A stretch of DNA of 64,000 nucleotides from Longimicrobiales bacterium (GTDB taxonomy: Bacteria; Gemmatimonadota; Gemmatimonadetes; Longimicrobiales; Gaopeijiaceae): the NCBI GenBank assembly GCA_965197725.1, contig CBDANQ010000057.1:32001-96000 (forward strand), read 5' to 3'. Position 1 is the stretch's first letter; every line of letters begins with the position of its first letter. Made by a program: the position numbers and the translations under genes. This document shows, one piece after another, positions 49,549 through 59,633 of this stretch. The notes below the pieces were generated by a model. That model saw only the letters and a list, made by a program, of their open reading frames with translations. It was not told where the DNA came from and did not search any database.

Positions 49549-50634
49549 GTGAATCATCGAGTTCTGTTTCTGACGGCGGCGATCGGCCTCGTTTCCGCAT
49601 CGTGCGCGAGTGAGGAGGCCGCCGAGGCGGCTTCCGAGTCGGCGGAGGCCACCGCTAATCTCGCGACTGAAGGCGAAACGCACATCCGTAATATCCGCCA
49701 GTTGACGTCCGGGGGCGAGAACGCCGAAGCCTACTGGGCTTTTGACGGTTCGCGGCTGATCTACCAGGCCAAGAAACCCGGCGCGGAGTGCGACCAGATC
49801 TACATCATGGATCCGGGGACCGGCGATTCGCACCTGGTCAGCACGGGCGGGGGTCGGACCACCTGCTCGTACTTTTATCCGTCCGGGGACCAGATCCTCT
49901 ATTCGTCGACCCACCACCACGACGCTTCGTGCCCCCTGAACCCCGACTTCTCGTTGGGCTACGTGTGGCCGATCTACGACACGTACGACGTCTTCGTGGC
50001 GAACATCGACGGCTCCAACCTGCGCCAGCTGACCACGGAGGACGGGTACGACGCCGAAGCGACGTTCTCACCGACGGGGGATCGCATCGTCTTCACGAGC
50101 CTTCGGGACGGCGACCTGGAGCTCTATTCGATGGCTCCGGATGGGTCGGACGTGCGGCGGCTCACCGACCGCATCGGATACGACGGGGGTGCGTTCTATT
50201 CGCCGGACGCCTCGAAGATCATCTGGCGCGCACACTATCCCGAGCCGGGTCCCGAAGCCGACGACTACGTGGCGTTGCTGGAGGAGGGCCTGATCCGGCC
50301 GGGCGAACTCGACGTGTACGTCATGGACGCGGATGGGTCCAACCCGCGTCAGGTGACCGACGTTGGCGGTGCGAGCTTCGCGCCGTACTGGCATCCGGAT
50401 GGGGACAAGATCCTCTTCAGCTCGAATCACCACGACCCCGCAGGCCGGGACTTCGACATCTACATGATCGACCTCGACGGCACGGGGCTGACGCGGATCA
50501 CGCGCGCCGAGGGCTTCGACGGCTTCCCGGTGTTCAGCCCGGACGGGCGCTACCTGGTGTTCAGTTCGAATCGCAACAACGGTGGCACGAGCGACACCAA
50601 CGTATTCATCGCGGAATGGGACGAAGGGGGTTGA
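49549..50634 (+). CDS. TolB-like PD40 beta-propeller lipoprotein
   Basis: Lipobox-like [42 protein letters not shown]. Confidence 0.88.
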   Translation: MNHRVLFLTAAIGLVSASCASEEAAEAASESAEATANLATEGETHIRNIRQLTSGGENAEAYWAFDGSRLIYQAKKPGAECDQIYIMDPGTGDSHLVSTGGGRTTCSYFYPSGDQILYSSTHHHDASCPLNPDFSLGYVWPIYDTYDVFVANIDGSNLRQLTTEDGYDAEATFSPTGDRIVFTSLRDGDLELYSMAPDGSDVRRLTDRIGYDGGAFYSPDASKIIWRAHYPEPGPEADDYVALLEEGLIRPGELDVYVMDADGSNPRQVTDVGGASFAPYWHPDGDKILFSSNHHDPAGRDFDIYMIDLDGTGLTRITRAEGFDGFPVFSPDGRYLVFSSNRNNGGTSDTNVFIAEWDEGG

Positions 50635-51229
50635 TCTCCAAGAACTGATCGAGCATACGGTAGGTGAGGCCCCAAACGACCTCGCCGGCCACGCGGTAGC
50701 AGGGGAATTCGCGCGGTCCTCCTGGCAGGGGGATCTCGACGGTCGAACGCACGTCGGGCGAGCGTAGTTCACCTACTTGAATCCAGAACACTTCGGCCAC
50801 CTCGGGGCTGGCGACGCAGGCTTTGGCTTCGTCGGCGATGCCGAACACAAAGGGCGTGACCATCAGACGCGGCAGTCTTGGCGACGCCGGGCCGAGGTCG
50901 CCGAGTCGGCCGAGCAGCCGCGCCTGCCACTCCAGATCGAGGCCGACTTCCTCCATCGTCTCTCGGATCGCCGTCGCGAGCAGCGTCCCGTCGTCGTCGT
51001 CCCGACGTCCGCCCGGCAACGCCATGTGGCCCGACCACGGGTCACGTTCGGAGTCCGCGCGCTTGATCAGCAGCACCTCCAGCTCAGGAGTGCCCCGTAC
51101 TATCAGCGCCACAGCCGCTTGCGGAGAATCCCCTTCTACGCCGAGCCTGTCGTCGCCGTCGTGCGTGTACGGCGCGAGGGCGTCGCTGATTACCACGAAA
51201 CGCGGGTCGGTGTCAGACGCCCTTGGCAT
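50606..51229 (-). CDS. Nudix CoA pyrophosphatase
   Basis: WSGHMALPGG..RETMEEVG; VWGLT. Confidence 0.9.
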   Translation of the reverse strand: MPRASDTDPRFVVISDALAPYTHDGDDRLGVEGDSPQAAVALIVRGTPELEVLLIKRADSERDPWSGHMALPGGRRDDDDGTLLATAIRETMEEVGLDLEWQARLLGRLGDLGPASPRLPRLMVTPFVFGIADEAKACVASPEVAEVFWIQVGELRSPDVRSTVEIPLPGGPREFPCYRVAGEVVWGLTYRMLDQFLEINPLRPIPR

Positions 51230-51881
51230 CGGCTCCCCAGATCAATTTGTGCACCTGAAGCTGGAAGCGAACCGGGAGCCCGTCTCCCAGAATCCATCCC
51301 GCGAGCGCCGCCAGATCGATCTCACCCCACACGGGTGACACCAGTAGTGCCCGCAGGGAGCCGTCGTCTACGCGGGCGTCGAGGCCTCGCTCCCGAATCG
51401 TGGCGCGCGTCCATTCGTAGTCGGCCCGATCCTTCACGACGAACTTGACCTCGTCGCGCTCCGTGAGGTGGTCGAGATTCTCCCACAGGTTCCGAGCGCA
51501 CTCCCCCGACCCGGGGCACTTGAGGTCCATGATCTTGTGCGCCCGAGCGTCGAGTGGCGCGACGTCGAAGGCGCCCGACGTTTCGACCAGCACCGTGTAC
51601 CCGTCCTCCAGCAACATCTCGACGAGCGGAAACGCTCCCGGATGGGCCAACGGCTCACCACCAGTGACCTCCACGAGCTTCGCCGAGTGACCATGCACGG
51701 CATCCCGGATCTGCTCGAGGGTCATCTTCGTGCCGCCGTGGAACGCATACTCGGTATCACACCACGCGCACCGCAGAGGGCACCCGGTAAGCCGGACGAA
51801 CGTGCAGGGCAGACCGGCCCAAGTGGATTCACCCTGGACCGAGTGGAAGATCTCCGTGATGCGTAGGACGTCGCCGGCCAA
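51213..51881 (-). CDS. queE: 7-carboxy-7-deazaguanine synthase (radical SAM)
   Basis: EIFHSVQGE, CPLRCAWCDT, TGGEP, ETSG, QVHK. Confidence 0.92.
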   Translation of the reverse strand: MAGDVLRITEIFHSVQGESTWAGLPCTFVRLTGCPLRCAWCDTEYAFHGGTKMTLEQIRDAVHGHSAKLVEVTGGEPLAHPGAFPLVEMLLEDGYTVLVETSGAFDVAPLDARAHKIMDLKCPGSGECARNLWENLDHLTERDEVKFVVKDRADYEWTRATIRERGLDARVDDGSLRALLVSPVWGEIDLAALAGWILGDGLPVRFQLQVHKLIWGADAKGV

Positions 51882-51887
51882 GGTCAG

Positions 51888-52274
51888 TCAGGGCCTCTGT
51901 GTTTGGGGATGGTCGTGGGATCGGCGGCCGCGCTGGCGCCCGATCGCTTGTTCGAGCAAATCCTGAACGCGATGGAGCGACAGCGCCTTGAGATGCTCGT
52001 CTGCTTCCTCCGTAGTCCTGGCCTCCACGAGCGTCTCGGTCTCGACGTGCCCGACGATGCCGACGCCGGTCTGTGCCCATCGGGGGAACACGAGATACCC
52101 ACTGAACGGCGCCCGGAGGTTCCCGGTATGTTGGATTTCCATGGAGACGGTGTAGGGGTGACCGTCGGTCCCCTCGTACGCCGGGGGACGGCTGTGAACA
52201 GCGAAGTAGCCGCCGAGTGAATGGTCGGCGACCTCGTCGTGATTCGCTTGGGAGTCAGGGCTGGCTTCGGACAT
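51888..52274 (-). CDS. Hypothetical protein
   Basis: 128-aa ORF directly upstream of queE. Confidence 0.7.
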   Translation of the reverse strand: MSEASPDSQANHDEVADHSLGGYFAVHSRPPAYEGTDGHPYTVSMEIQHTGNLRAPFSGYLVFPRWAQTGVGIVGHVETETLVEARTTEEADEHLKALSLHRVQDLLEQAIGRQRGRRSHDHPQTQRP

Positions 52275-52417
52275 CTACGGGTCGTGAGAAGGGGTGAGGG
52301 CGAGCGCCCCGCCCGGCTATCAGCGATCGATGCTGGAGATCGCTGCTAGAAGATGGCGCATTCGGTGGCCACTCGCGCTAGACTTTCGCACCCACCGACC
52401 CTCAGGAGTCTTCACCG

Positions 52418-53455
52418 ATGCCTCGAAAGATGCGAGCCGCCCTATTCGCAAAGTACGGCGGTCCCGAGGTGGTCGAGATCGGCAAGGTCGCGATTCCCGA
52501 GCCCGGCGCAGGCGAGGTTCGCATCAAGATCGAAGCCTCCGCGATGAATCACCTGGACCTCTGGGTGCGCCGCGGCCTGCCGATCGAGACGCCGATGCCT
52601 CACATCGGAGGCTCCGACATGGCGGGTGTGGTCGACGCCGTTGGCCCGGGCTCGGAGGCGGTGCCGGTTGGGACGCGAGTGGTCGTCGATCCCTCGGTCG
52701 GGTACGAGTGGTACCTCGGACAGGGTCGTGGCCCGTCCATCGAGGATCCGCGATTCCACATCCTCGGGGAGCACACGCAGGGCGGCTTCGCCGAGTACGC
52801 GGTTGTGCCCGCGGCCAACCTGCTCGAACTGCCCGAGGACTTCCCGGCCGAAAAAGCGGCCGCTGCCGGTCTGGTGTTCGTGACAGCGTGGCGGGCTCTC
52901 GTGACGCGAGCCCAGCTCCGCGCTGGTGAGCGGGTCCTGATCACCGGTGCGTCCGGTGGTGTCGGTACCGCGGCGATCCAGATCGCCGTGAGCGCGGGCG
53001 CCAAGGTCTACGCGTTGACCGGGGGTGAGGAGAAGGTGCGCTACGCGGAGGATCTTGGCGCGCACGTGGTCTACGACCGCCACAAGGTCGACTTCTCTCG
53101 TGAGGTGTGGAGGGACACTGCCAAGAGCGGCGTCCATGTCGTGTTCGACACCGTGGGTGAGTCGCTGTGGCCCCGGGCGCTGCGCACGCTCGCTCACGGC
53201 GGCCGGCTGGTGACGTCCGGGGCGACGACCGGGTCTCGAGGGGTAACCGAGATCCGGCTCGTCTTCTGGAAGCAGCTCACGATCACGGGCAGCACGATGG
53301 GCAGCCCCGCGGAATTCCGTCAGGTAATGCGGCTCGTCTTTTCCGGTAGTCTGGAGCCGGTCATCCACGCGGTGATGCCGCTCGACGAGGCGCGCAAAGC
53401 CCACGAGATGCTGGAGGCTGGTGAGGTCTTTGGGAAGCTCGTTCTGGTGCCCTGA
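52418..53455 (+). CDS. MDR-family (quinone oxidoreductase-like) dehydrogenase
   Basis: NHLDLW, GSDMAG, GASGGVG, FGKLVL. Confidence 0.9.
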   Translation: MPRKMRAALFAKYGGPEVVEIGKVAIPEPGAGEVRIKIEASAMNHLDLWVRRGLPIETPMPHIGGSDMAGVVDAVGPGSEAVPVGTRVVVDPSVGYEWYLGQGRGPSIEDPRFHILGEHTQGGFAEYAVVPAANLLELPEDFPAEKAAAAGLVFVTAWRALVTRAQLRAGERVLITGASGGVGTAAIQIAVSAGAKVYALTGGEEKVRYAEDLGAHVVYDRHKVDFSREVWRDTAKSGVHVVFDTVGESLWPRALRTLAHGGRLVTSGATTGSRGVTEIRLVFWKQLTITGSTMGSPAEFRQVMRLVFSGSLEPVIHAVMPLDEARKAHEMLEAGEVFGKLVLVP

Positions 53456-53808
53456 TGGATCTCAAGGAAGCCCAAGAACGAGTCGACGACTGGATCTCCC
53501 GATTCGAGGAGGGCTACTGGCCCCCGCTCACGAACCTAGCCCGCCTCATCGAGGAGGTCGGCGAGTTCGCTCGCGAGATGAACCACCGTTTTGGGCACAA
53601 GACCAAGAAGCCGGACGAGCCCCAGCAGGATCTCGCGTTGGAGCTGGCGGACGTGCTCTTCGTGCTTCTGGTGATCGCGAACGAACAGCGGATCGATCTG
53701 GATGAGGCGCTCGAGCAGGTGCTCGAGAAGTACCGCGCGCGGGACTCTGAGCGGAATTGCCGGCCGCGGGCGCGTTGGACCCGGAGCGCGCGGTGCGCGT
53801 CAGCGTGA
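53455..53808 (+). CDS. MazG-like nucleotide pyrophosphohydrolase (YpjD-like)
   Basis: LARLIEEVGE..ELADVLFV. Confidence 0.88.
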   Translation: MDLKEAQERVDDWISRFEEGYWPPLTNLARLIEEVGEFAREMNHRFGHKTKKPDEPQQDLALELADVLFVLLVIANEQRIDLDEALEQVLEKYRARDSERNCRPRARWTRSARCASA

Positions 53809-54845
53809 TCATCCCCGCACGCAACGAAGCGATCAACATCGAGCGCTGCGTCGCGTCCGTCGCCGCGTCGACGTATCCGGACTTTGAGATCATTGTCGTC
53901 GATGATCGCAGCGGCGACAAAACCGCTTCACTCGCTCGTTCGGTGCCACGCGGCAACGCGAGCCGGATCACGGTGATCGATGGCCAGGAGCTACCGGAGG
54001 GGTGGTTGGGAAAGCCGTGGGCCTGCTGGCAGGGGGCGCAGGCGGCCGACGGTGGCTTCCTTCTCTTCACGGACGCGGACACGACGCATGGGCCCCAGAT
54101 GCTCAGTCGCGCTGTGGCGGGTCTGTACGAAGACGAGGCGGACCTCATGACCGTGCTGGGGCAGCAGCTCATGGGGTCGTTCTGGGAGCGTCTTGTTCAG
54201 CCGCAGATCTTCCTGCTCATGCTCTTTCGGTTTCCCGACTTCGAGCGGGCTGTGAAGAACCCGCGCTGGCGGGACGCCATCGCGAACGGCCAGTACATCC
54301 TTTTCACTCGCGGCGCGTATTACGAGATCGGCGGGCACGTGGCGGTGCAGGGCGAAGTCGTCGAGGACATGGCGCTCGCGATGCTCGTGAAGAGGGAGGG
54401 AAAGCGGTTACGGATCCGATCTGCGGTGGACGACCTGCAGACACGGATGTACCGTTCGTTGGCAGGCCTCATCGAGGGCTGGTCCAAGAACATCTTGGTG
54501 GGCTGCTGGCTGAGTGTGCCTCCGTTTCTTCGCAGAGTGGTCGCGCCGATCGCGTTGGCCGCGGGAGTGTCGCTGTGGATCGCGCCACCTGCGGTGCTCC
54601 TGGCCGGTTTAGCGGGCTGGGTGGTGGGACCGCTTCTCCTGTGGTCCGCGGTGGTGTACGGTGTGAGCGTGACGATCTGGGCGCACCTCACTCACGTGAT
54701 GCGGGGACCGCCACAGTACGGGTTCCTCTATCCACTCGGGGCCTTGGTGGGCGCATATATCTTCCTCCGATCATGGAGGCGCGGTCAAAACATCGAATGG
54801 AAAGGAAGGCGGTACACGGTGCGAGCCCCTTCGGAGATGCCCTAG
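53757..54845 (+). CDS. GT2 glycosyltransferase (HpnB/CrtQ-like)
   Basis: VIIPARNE, DDRS, GWLGK, FTDAD, ANGQ, VEDM; C-terminal TMs; N-terminus possibly truncated. Confidence 0.85.
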   Translation: MPAAGALDPERAVRVSVIIPARNEAINIERCVASVAASTYPDFEIIVVDDRSGDKTASLARSVPRGNASRITVIDGQELPEGWLGKPWACWQGAQAADGGFLLFTDADTTHGPQMLSRAVAGLYEDEADLMTVLGQQLMGSFWERLVQPQIFLLMLFRFPDFERAVKNPRWRDAIANGQYILFTRGAYYEIGGHVAVQGEVVEDMALAMLVKREGKRLRIRSAVDDLQTRMYRSLAGLIEGWSKNILVGCWLSVPPFLRRVVAPIALAAGVSLWIAPPAVLLAGLAGWVVGPLLLWSAVVYGVSVTIWAHLTHVMRGPPQYGFLYPLGALVGAYIFLRSWRRGQNIEWKGRRYTVRAPSEMP

Positions 54846-54873
54846 TGCTCTCACGTCGGTCCGCGAAGCCAGC

Positions 54874-56043
54874 GTGACGATCGACCGTCAGACGCTCGCG
54901 GACGAGTTGAGGGAGCACGCCCTCGCCTCGGGGTTTTCGCTCGCCGGCATCGCGTCCGTGGACGCGAGTGAGCACATGTCGGCCTACCGGGACTGGATCG
55001 ACGAGGGCCGACACGGAGAGATGGCGTACCTGTCGCGCGCGGACGCGGTCTCCCGCAGAGCCGACCTCGACTCCACGATGAAGGACGTGCGTTCGGTGCT
55101 CGTCGTCGCGCACGAATACTTCGTCGAGGACCCACCAGGGGTGCCCCAGGACGCTTCGCGCGCCGTCATCGCCCGCTATGCGCGGGGGGACGACTACCAC
55201 GGCGTCGTGAAGAACAAGCTGATCGCGCTCGCTCGGTGGTTGGACGCCAGGATCGATTCCAAGCTTCAGGCGCGGGCGTATGTCGACACCGGCCCGATCC
55301 TGGAGCGTGACCTCGCGCAGCGCGCGGGGCTCGGCTGGTTCGGCACGAATACCATGCTCATCAACCCGCAACGAGGCTCCTACTTCTTCGTGGGTCTGCT
55401 CCTGCTCGACATAGAGCTGCCCCCGGATGAGCCGTTTGTGGAGGATCGTTGCGGGACCTGTCAGGCGTGCCTCGATGCGTGCCCGACCGGAGCGTTGCTG
55501 GGCCGTGATGAGAGCGGCGCGCCCATCATCGACGCGAGGCGGTGCATCTCCTATCTGACCATCGAGCTCCGCGGCCCGATCCCCGCGGCGTTGCGACCCG
55601 GCATTGGGAACCGCGTTTACGGGTGTGACATCTGCCAGGAGGTGTGTCCATTCACCCGAAAGTTCTCGGTCCCGACATCAGAGTCGGCATACTCCCCGAT
55701 GTCGGCGCTCGATGGGCCACCACTCACTGAGTTGGCGGAGCGACTCTTGTCGTTGTCGGGGCGCGGATTCGGTCGCGCGTTCGCCGATTCCCCCGTACTC
55801 AGGGCCGGGCGTAAGGGGTTGCTCCGCAACGTGTGCGTGGCGTTGGGTAATTGGGGATCGGAAGGGGCAGTCCCCGCTCTCGCGGCGGCGCTCTTCGATC
55901 CGGCACCGTTGGTGCGCGGGCACGCGGCTTGGGCGTTGGGGCGCATCGATTCCCCGGCGGCGGTCGAGGCGCTTTCGTCCAGAGTGCTGGTCGAGGAAGA
56001 CAGCTGGGTCAGAGAGGAGATCTCATCCGCGCTCGGCAGCTGA
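54874..56043 (+). CDS. queG: tRNA epoxyqueuosine(34) reductase
   Basis: ARYARGDDYH, VDTGPILER, CGTCQACLDACPTGA, CISYLTIE, GCDICQEVCP, HEAT tail. Confidence 0.95.
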   Translation: MTIDRQTLADELREHALASGFSLAGIASVDASEHMSAYRDWIDEGRHGEMAYLSRADAVSRRADLDSTMKDVRSVLVVAHEYFVEDPPGVPQDASRAVIARYARGDDYHGVVKNKLIALARWLDARIDSKLQARAYVDTGPILERDLAQRAGLGWFGTNTMLINPQRGSYFFVGLLLLDIELPPDEPFVEDRCGTCQACLDACPTGALLGRDESGAPIIDARRCISYLTIELRGPIPAALRPGIGNRVYGCDICQEVCPFTRKFSVPTSESAYSPMSALDGPPLTELAERLLSLSGRGFGRAFADSPVLRAGRKGLLRNVCVALGNWGSEGAVPALAAALFDPAPLVRGHAAWALGRIDSPAAVEALSSRVLVEEDSWVREEISSALGS

Positions 56044-56453
56044 CCACGGCGTTTGTGCATGGCTCCGAAGATCGCAAAAACTTCTTGGCGCTGAACGTCA
56101 CGCCCGGGAGCCCTTCGAAGTCAGCGTCCTGTGTCCAAACGGTGGCCCCCATCGACTGAGCAGTCGCATAGATGATGCTATCGGCCAGCGGCAGGGAGTG
56201 CTCGGCCGGGAGCTTGGCCGCGAGAAGCGCAAGAGAAGGATCGAGATCGATGACCTCCCCTTGCTGCATTGCTGCTACAGCCTGGAGTGCGTTAGCCTCG
56301 GTGTCTTCTCGAAGGACGAACTCGGAAATCTCGGTGAGACAGATCGTGGGTACGATGAGTTCGCCGATGTCGTCGGTTGGTTCCCGAGAAGTGGTCAGCG
56401 TTCGGTCTTTCGGTGAAGAGTTCAATCCAGCCCGGTGAGTCTAAGAGGTTCAC
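56009..56453 (-). pseudogene. VapC (PIN) toxin, frameshifted and degenerate
   Basis: VNLLDSPGWIELF / IVPTICLTE..LADSIIYATA..WTQDADF in two frames. Confidence 0.8.
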
Positions 56454-56504
56454 CGCCGATCCGGCTCCCGCTCGAACCTGGCGTTCATACCCTTCAGGAA
56501 TCCC

Positions 56505-56549
56505 CGGAATAACGACTTGGTACTTTGGCGCAACCGTTACTACGGTCAT
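56505..56549 (-). pseudogene. AbrB/MazE antitoxin N-terminal scrap
   Basis: MTVVTVAPKYQVVIP, then deleted. Confidence 0.7.
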
Positions 56550-56780
56550 CCCCCGCATCTCTGGCGAGTCCGTCCTCGCTGGTAAGTGCGCGAGAGCGCG
56601 GCGGGCGCGAACGGAGGTGAGCCCGGCTCTCGGCGTTCGTGCCGATCGACATTTTGGGAGGGGCATCGCCATCCTTCGGACCTTCATGTATCGTGTGCCT
56701 CGTCGCTCTCCTACCCAAACAGACGAGGCCTCCGATGGTTCGTAAAGCGACGCTCGCTCTTGGACTCTGCACTCTTCTTA

Positions 56781-57149
56781 ATGGCTGAGCAGCTTTTCGA
56801 CGGCGTCATCGAGGAAGGTCGAGGGGATGGTACGTGGGTGGCCGTCCCCTTCGACGTGGAGGCCGTCTTCGGCACCCGTGGTCCTGTTCGCGTCATCGCG
56901 ACCTTCGACGGGGCAGAAGACCAGACCGATCTCGCGCCGATGGGCGGGCGACACGTGCTCGGACTCCGCAAGTCGATTCGGCGGGCTCTGGGAAAGGGGG
57001 TTGAGGCGAGCGAGTTATTCGACAGCCTTTCATTCACGCACCGGAAGAAGATGGCCGGTTCCATCCGGGAGGCTACGAAGGCAGAGACGAGGCTGCGGAG
57101 GCTCGACAAAGCGATGACGCTCCTCCGCAATCGCCAGAAGCCCGCCTGA
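56781..57149 (+). pseudogene. DUF1905 + YdeI/OmpD-associated protein, probably internally deleted
   Basis: VPFDV..FG.RG.VRV..T.DG joined directly to FDSLSFTHRK..KAETR.RR without the usual linker. Confidence 0.65.
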
Positions 57150-57164
57150 GAGGCACGGCGCTCT

Positions 57165-59633
57165 GTGACTCCCCTACACGTACTCAAGTTCGGCGGCACG
57201 TCGCTCGCATCGGCTGAGTGCATCGAACGCGTGGGCCAGATCGTGACACGGGCAAGCGAAGACTCTCGCGTCGTGGTTGTCGTCTCCGCCGTGGGTGGCG
57301 TGACGAGCGACCTGATCGACGCCTCGGCGCTAGCTGCGCAGGGCGACGAAGCGTATCTGGCCGTGCTCGATCGCGTCATCGCTTCGCACGACGAGCCGCT
57401 GGCGTCGTTGGTGGCCGAGCAAGAACGCGAGCATGTGCAGGCCGCATACCAGGCCTGGGCCGAGGAGCTCGAGGACAGGCTCCACGGGATCTCACTTGTG
57501 GGCGAGTGCACAGCGCGCACGCTCGACGCCGTACTGGTGTTCGGAGAGCTGGTCTCGTCGGCGTTGCTCGCCGCCACGCTACGGAAATCGGGGATGGACG
57601 CCGAGGCGTGTGACGCCCGTGCTCTGATCGTTACTGACGATGCCTTCGGAAGCGCCCGGGTCGATCGGAAAACGACCGCCGAACGCGTGCGAGTGCACTT
57701 CGCCGCGACCGACGTGATCCAAGTAGTCACGGGCTTCATCGCCTCCGGCCCGGACGGCGAGACCACGACATTGGGCAGGGGCGGCTCGGACTACACCGCC
57801 GCTCTTCTAGCAGCCGACCTGTCCGCGGACCGCCTCGAGATCTGGACTGACGTCGACGGTGTGATGAGCGCTGATCCCAGGCTCGTGCCGCAGGCATTCC
57901 CCTTGGCGAAGCTGTCGTACGAGGAGCTCATGGAGCTGTCGCACTTCGGCGCCAAGGTCATCTACCCGCCATCGGTTCATCCGGCCCGGGAGCGGCGGAT
58001 CCCCCTCGTCATCCGCAACACGTTCAACGTCGAGTTCGACGGCACACATGTTGGGGAGGATGCGGCGGCAGCGACGGTTGGGCCGGTGCGCGGGATCTCA
58101 TCGATCAACGACGTCGCGCTGCTACGCCTGGAGGGGGACGGGATGGTGGGCGTGCCCGGCGTGGTCGCGCGGCTCTTCCAGGCTCTGGCCCGCGACGAGG
58201 TGAACGTCATCCTCATCAGCCAGGCGTCGAGCGAACACTCGATCTGCTTCGCGGTGGCCCCTGCCTCGGTCGCGCTCGCCCGTAAGGGCGTGGAGGACGA
58301 GTTCAGTCTGGAACGGACCGTTGGCATCATCGGCGATCTCATCGTCGAGCAAGATCTCTCGATCATCGCCGCCGTCGGCGAAGCAATGCGTGACACCCCG
58401 GGTATCGCAGGCCGGCTCTTCTCCGTGCTGGGTCAGTGTGGAGTCAACGTCCACGCGATCGCGCAGGGCTCCTCGGAGCTCAACATCTCGCTCGTAGTGG
58501 CGAAGTCTGACGAGGTCCGGGCACTCCAGGCGCTTCACGACGCGTTCTTCCAGCCGCGTGCGTCGACCGCCCAGGTCTTTCTGGCTGGGGTGGGCAACGT
58601 GGGCGCAGCACTCCTGACCCAGATCGAAGAGATGGCGCATAGGTGCGACAAGGGAGGGGGGACGGTGCTTCGCTTGGTCGGGGTCGCGAGCAGCCGGCGT
58701 GGCCTACTCGACGCGAGCGGAGTCCCGCTCGCCGACTGGCAGCAGCAGCTGGAAGCGAGCGACCGCGCAGCCCACGCCGTCATCGAGCGGGCGCTCGAGC
58801 CCACCAGGAGCCCTAGGATCTTCGTCGACTGCACCGCCAGCGAAGAGGTCTCCGCGCGGTATGAGGAGCTCTTGGCCTCGGGAGCCGCCGTCGTAGCAGC
58901 TAACAAGCGGGCTTTCTCCGGTTCGATGGGTCGCTATCGGGCGCTCACGAATCCTGCCGCGGGCGGCGCGCGCGCCTACTTCGAGACGACCGTCGGGGCC
59001 GGGCTCCCTGTGCTACGCACCATCAGCGACCTCGTGGCGACAGGTGACGAGATCGTGTCGGTGGAGGGTGTGTTCTCGGGCACGCTCGGTTTCGTGCTCG
59101 GCGAAGTCATGGCGGGACAGAGCTTCAGCGAGGCGCTTGCCGAAGCGAGCGCGAAGGGGTACACCGAGCCCGATCCGAGAGCAGATCTGTCCGGACACGA
59201 CGTCGTAAGAAAGCTACTCATCGTCGCGCGGGTCGCAGGTATGGTCATCGAGCCCGCGGACGTCAGCGTGGAGTTGCTCCTGCCCGGAGACAGGTGGCAG
59301 GCCGGTGGTGTCGACGCGTTCATGGCGAAGACGCGGGGGGCCGACGAGACTTTCGCTCAGCGGCGGGCCGGGGCGATCGAGCAGGGACGACACCTCTGCT
59401 TCCTGGGCTCGGTCTCACGGGAGGGCGCGACAGTTGGTCTCACCGCTGTCGCCCCCGAGCACGCCTGCTTCGGGCTCCGGGGCACGGACAACGTCGTTAT
59501 CATCCGCACGGCACGATATCCGACTCCCGTTGTGGTCAGGGGCGCCGGCGCGGGTCCGGAGGTCACGGCGGCGGGTGTCCTTGCCGATATTCTGGCAGCG
59601 GTTAGAGAGTCCACGAACCAGGTCGAATCGTGA
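57165..59633 (+). CDS. thrA: Bifunctional aspartokinase / homoserine dehydrogenase I
   Basis: KFGGTS, TLGRGGSD, two ACT domains, GVGNVG, ANK, ETTVGAGLP, GYTEPDP, GAGPEVTA. Confidence 0.95.
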   Translation: MTPLHVLKFGGTSLASAECIERVGQIVTRASEDSRVVVVVSAVGGVTSDLIDASALAAQGDEAYLAVLDRVIASHDEPLASLVAEQEREHVQAAYQAWAEELEDRLHGISLVGECTARTLDAVLVFGELVSSALLAATLRKSGMDAEACDARALIVTDDAFGSARVDRKTTAERVRVHFAATDVIQVVTGFIASGPDGETTTLGRGGSDYTAALLAADLSADRLEIWTDVDGVMSADPRLVPQAFPLAKLSYEELMELSHFGAKVIYPPSVHPARERRIPLVIRNTFNVEFDGTHVGEDAAAATVGPVRGISSINDVALLRLEGDGMVGVPGVVARLFQALARDEVNVILISQASSEHSICFAVAPASVALARKGVEDEFSLERTVGIIGDLIVEQDLSIIAAVGEAMRDTPGIAGRLFSVLGQCGVNVHAIAQGSSELNISLVVAKSDEVRALQALHDAFFQPRASTAQVFLAGVGNVGAALLTQIEEMAHRCDKGGGTVLRLVGVASSRRGLLDASGVPLADWQQQLEASDRAAHAVIERALEPTRSPRIFVDCTASEEVSARYEELLASGAAVVAANKRAFSGSMGRYRALTNPAAGGARAYFETTVGAGLPVLRTISDLVATGDEIVSVEGVFSGTLGFVLGEVMAGQSFSEALAEASAKGYTEPDPRADLSGHDVVRKLLIVARVAGMVIEPADVSVELLLPGDRWQAGGVDAFMAKTRGADETFAQRRAGAIEQGRHLCFLGSVSREGATVGLTAVAPEHACFGLRGTDNVVIIRTARYPTPVVVRGAGAGPEVTAAGVLADILAAVRESTNQVES

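Noticed and set aside
51213..56043. queE and queG as a Dpd-type DNA modification system
   Set aside because: No dpdA or tgt paralogue; queG indicates ordinary tRNA queuosine synthesis
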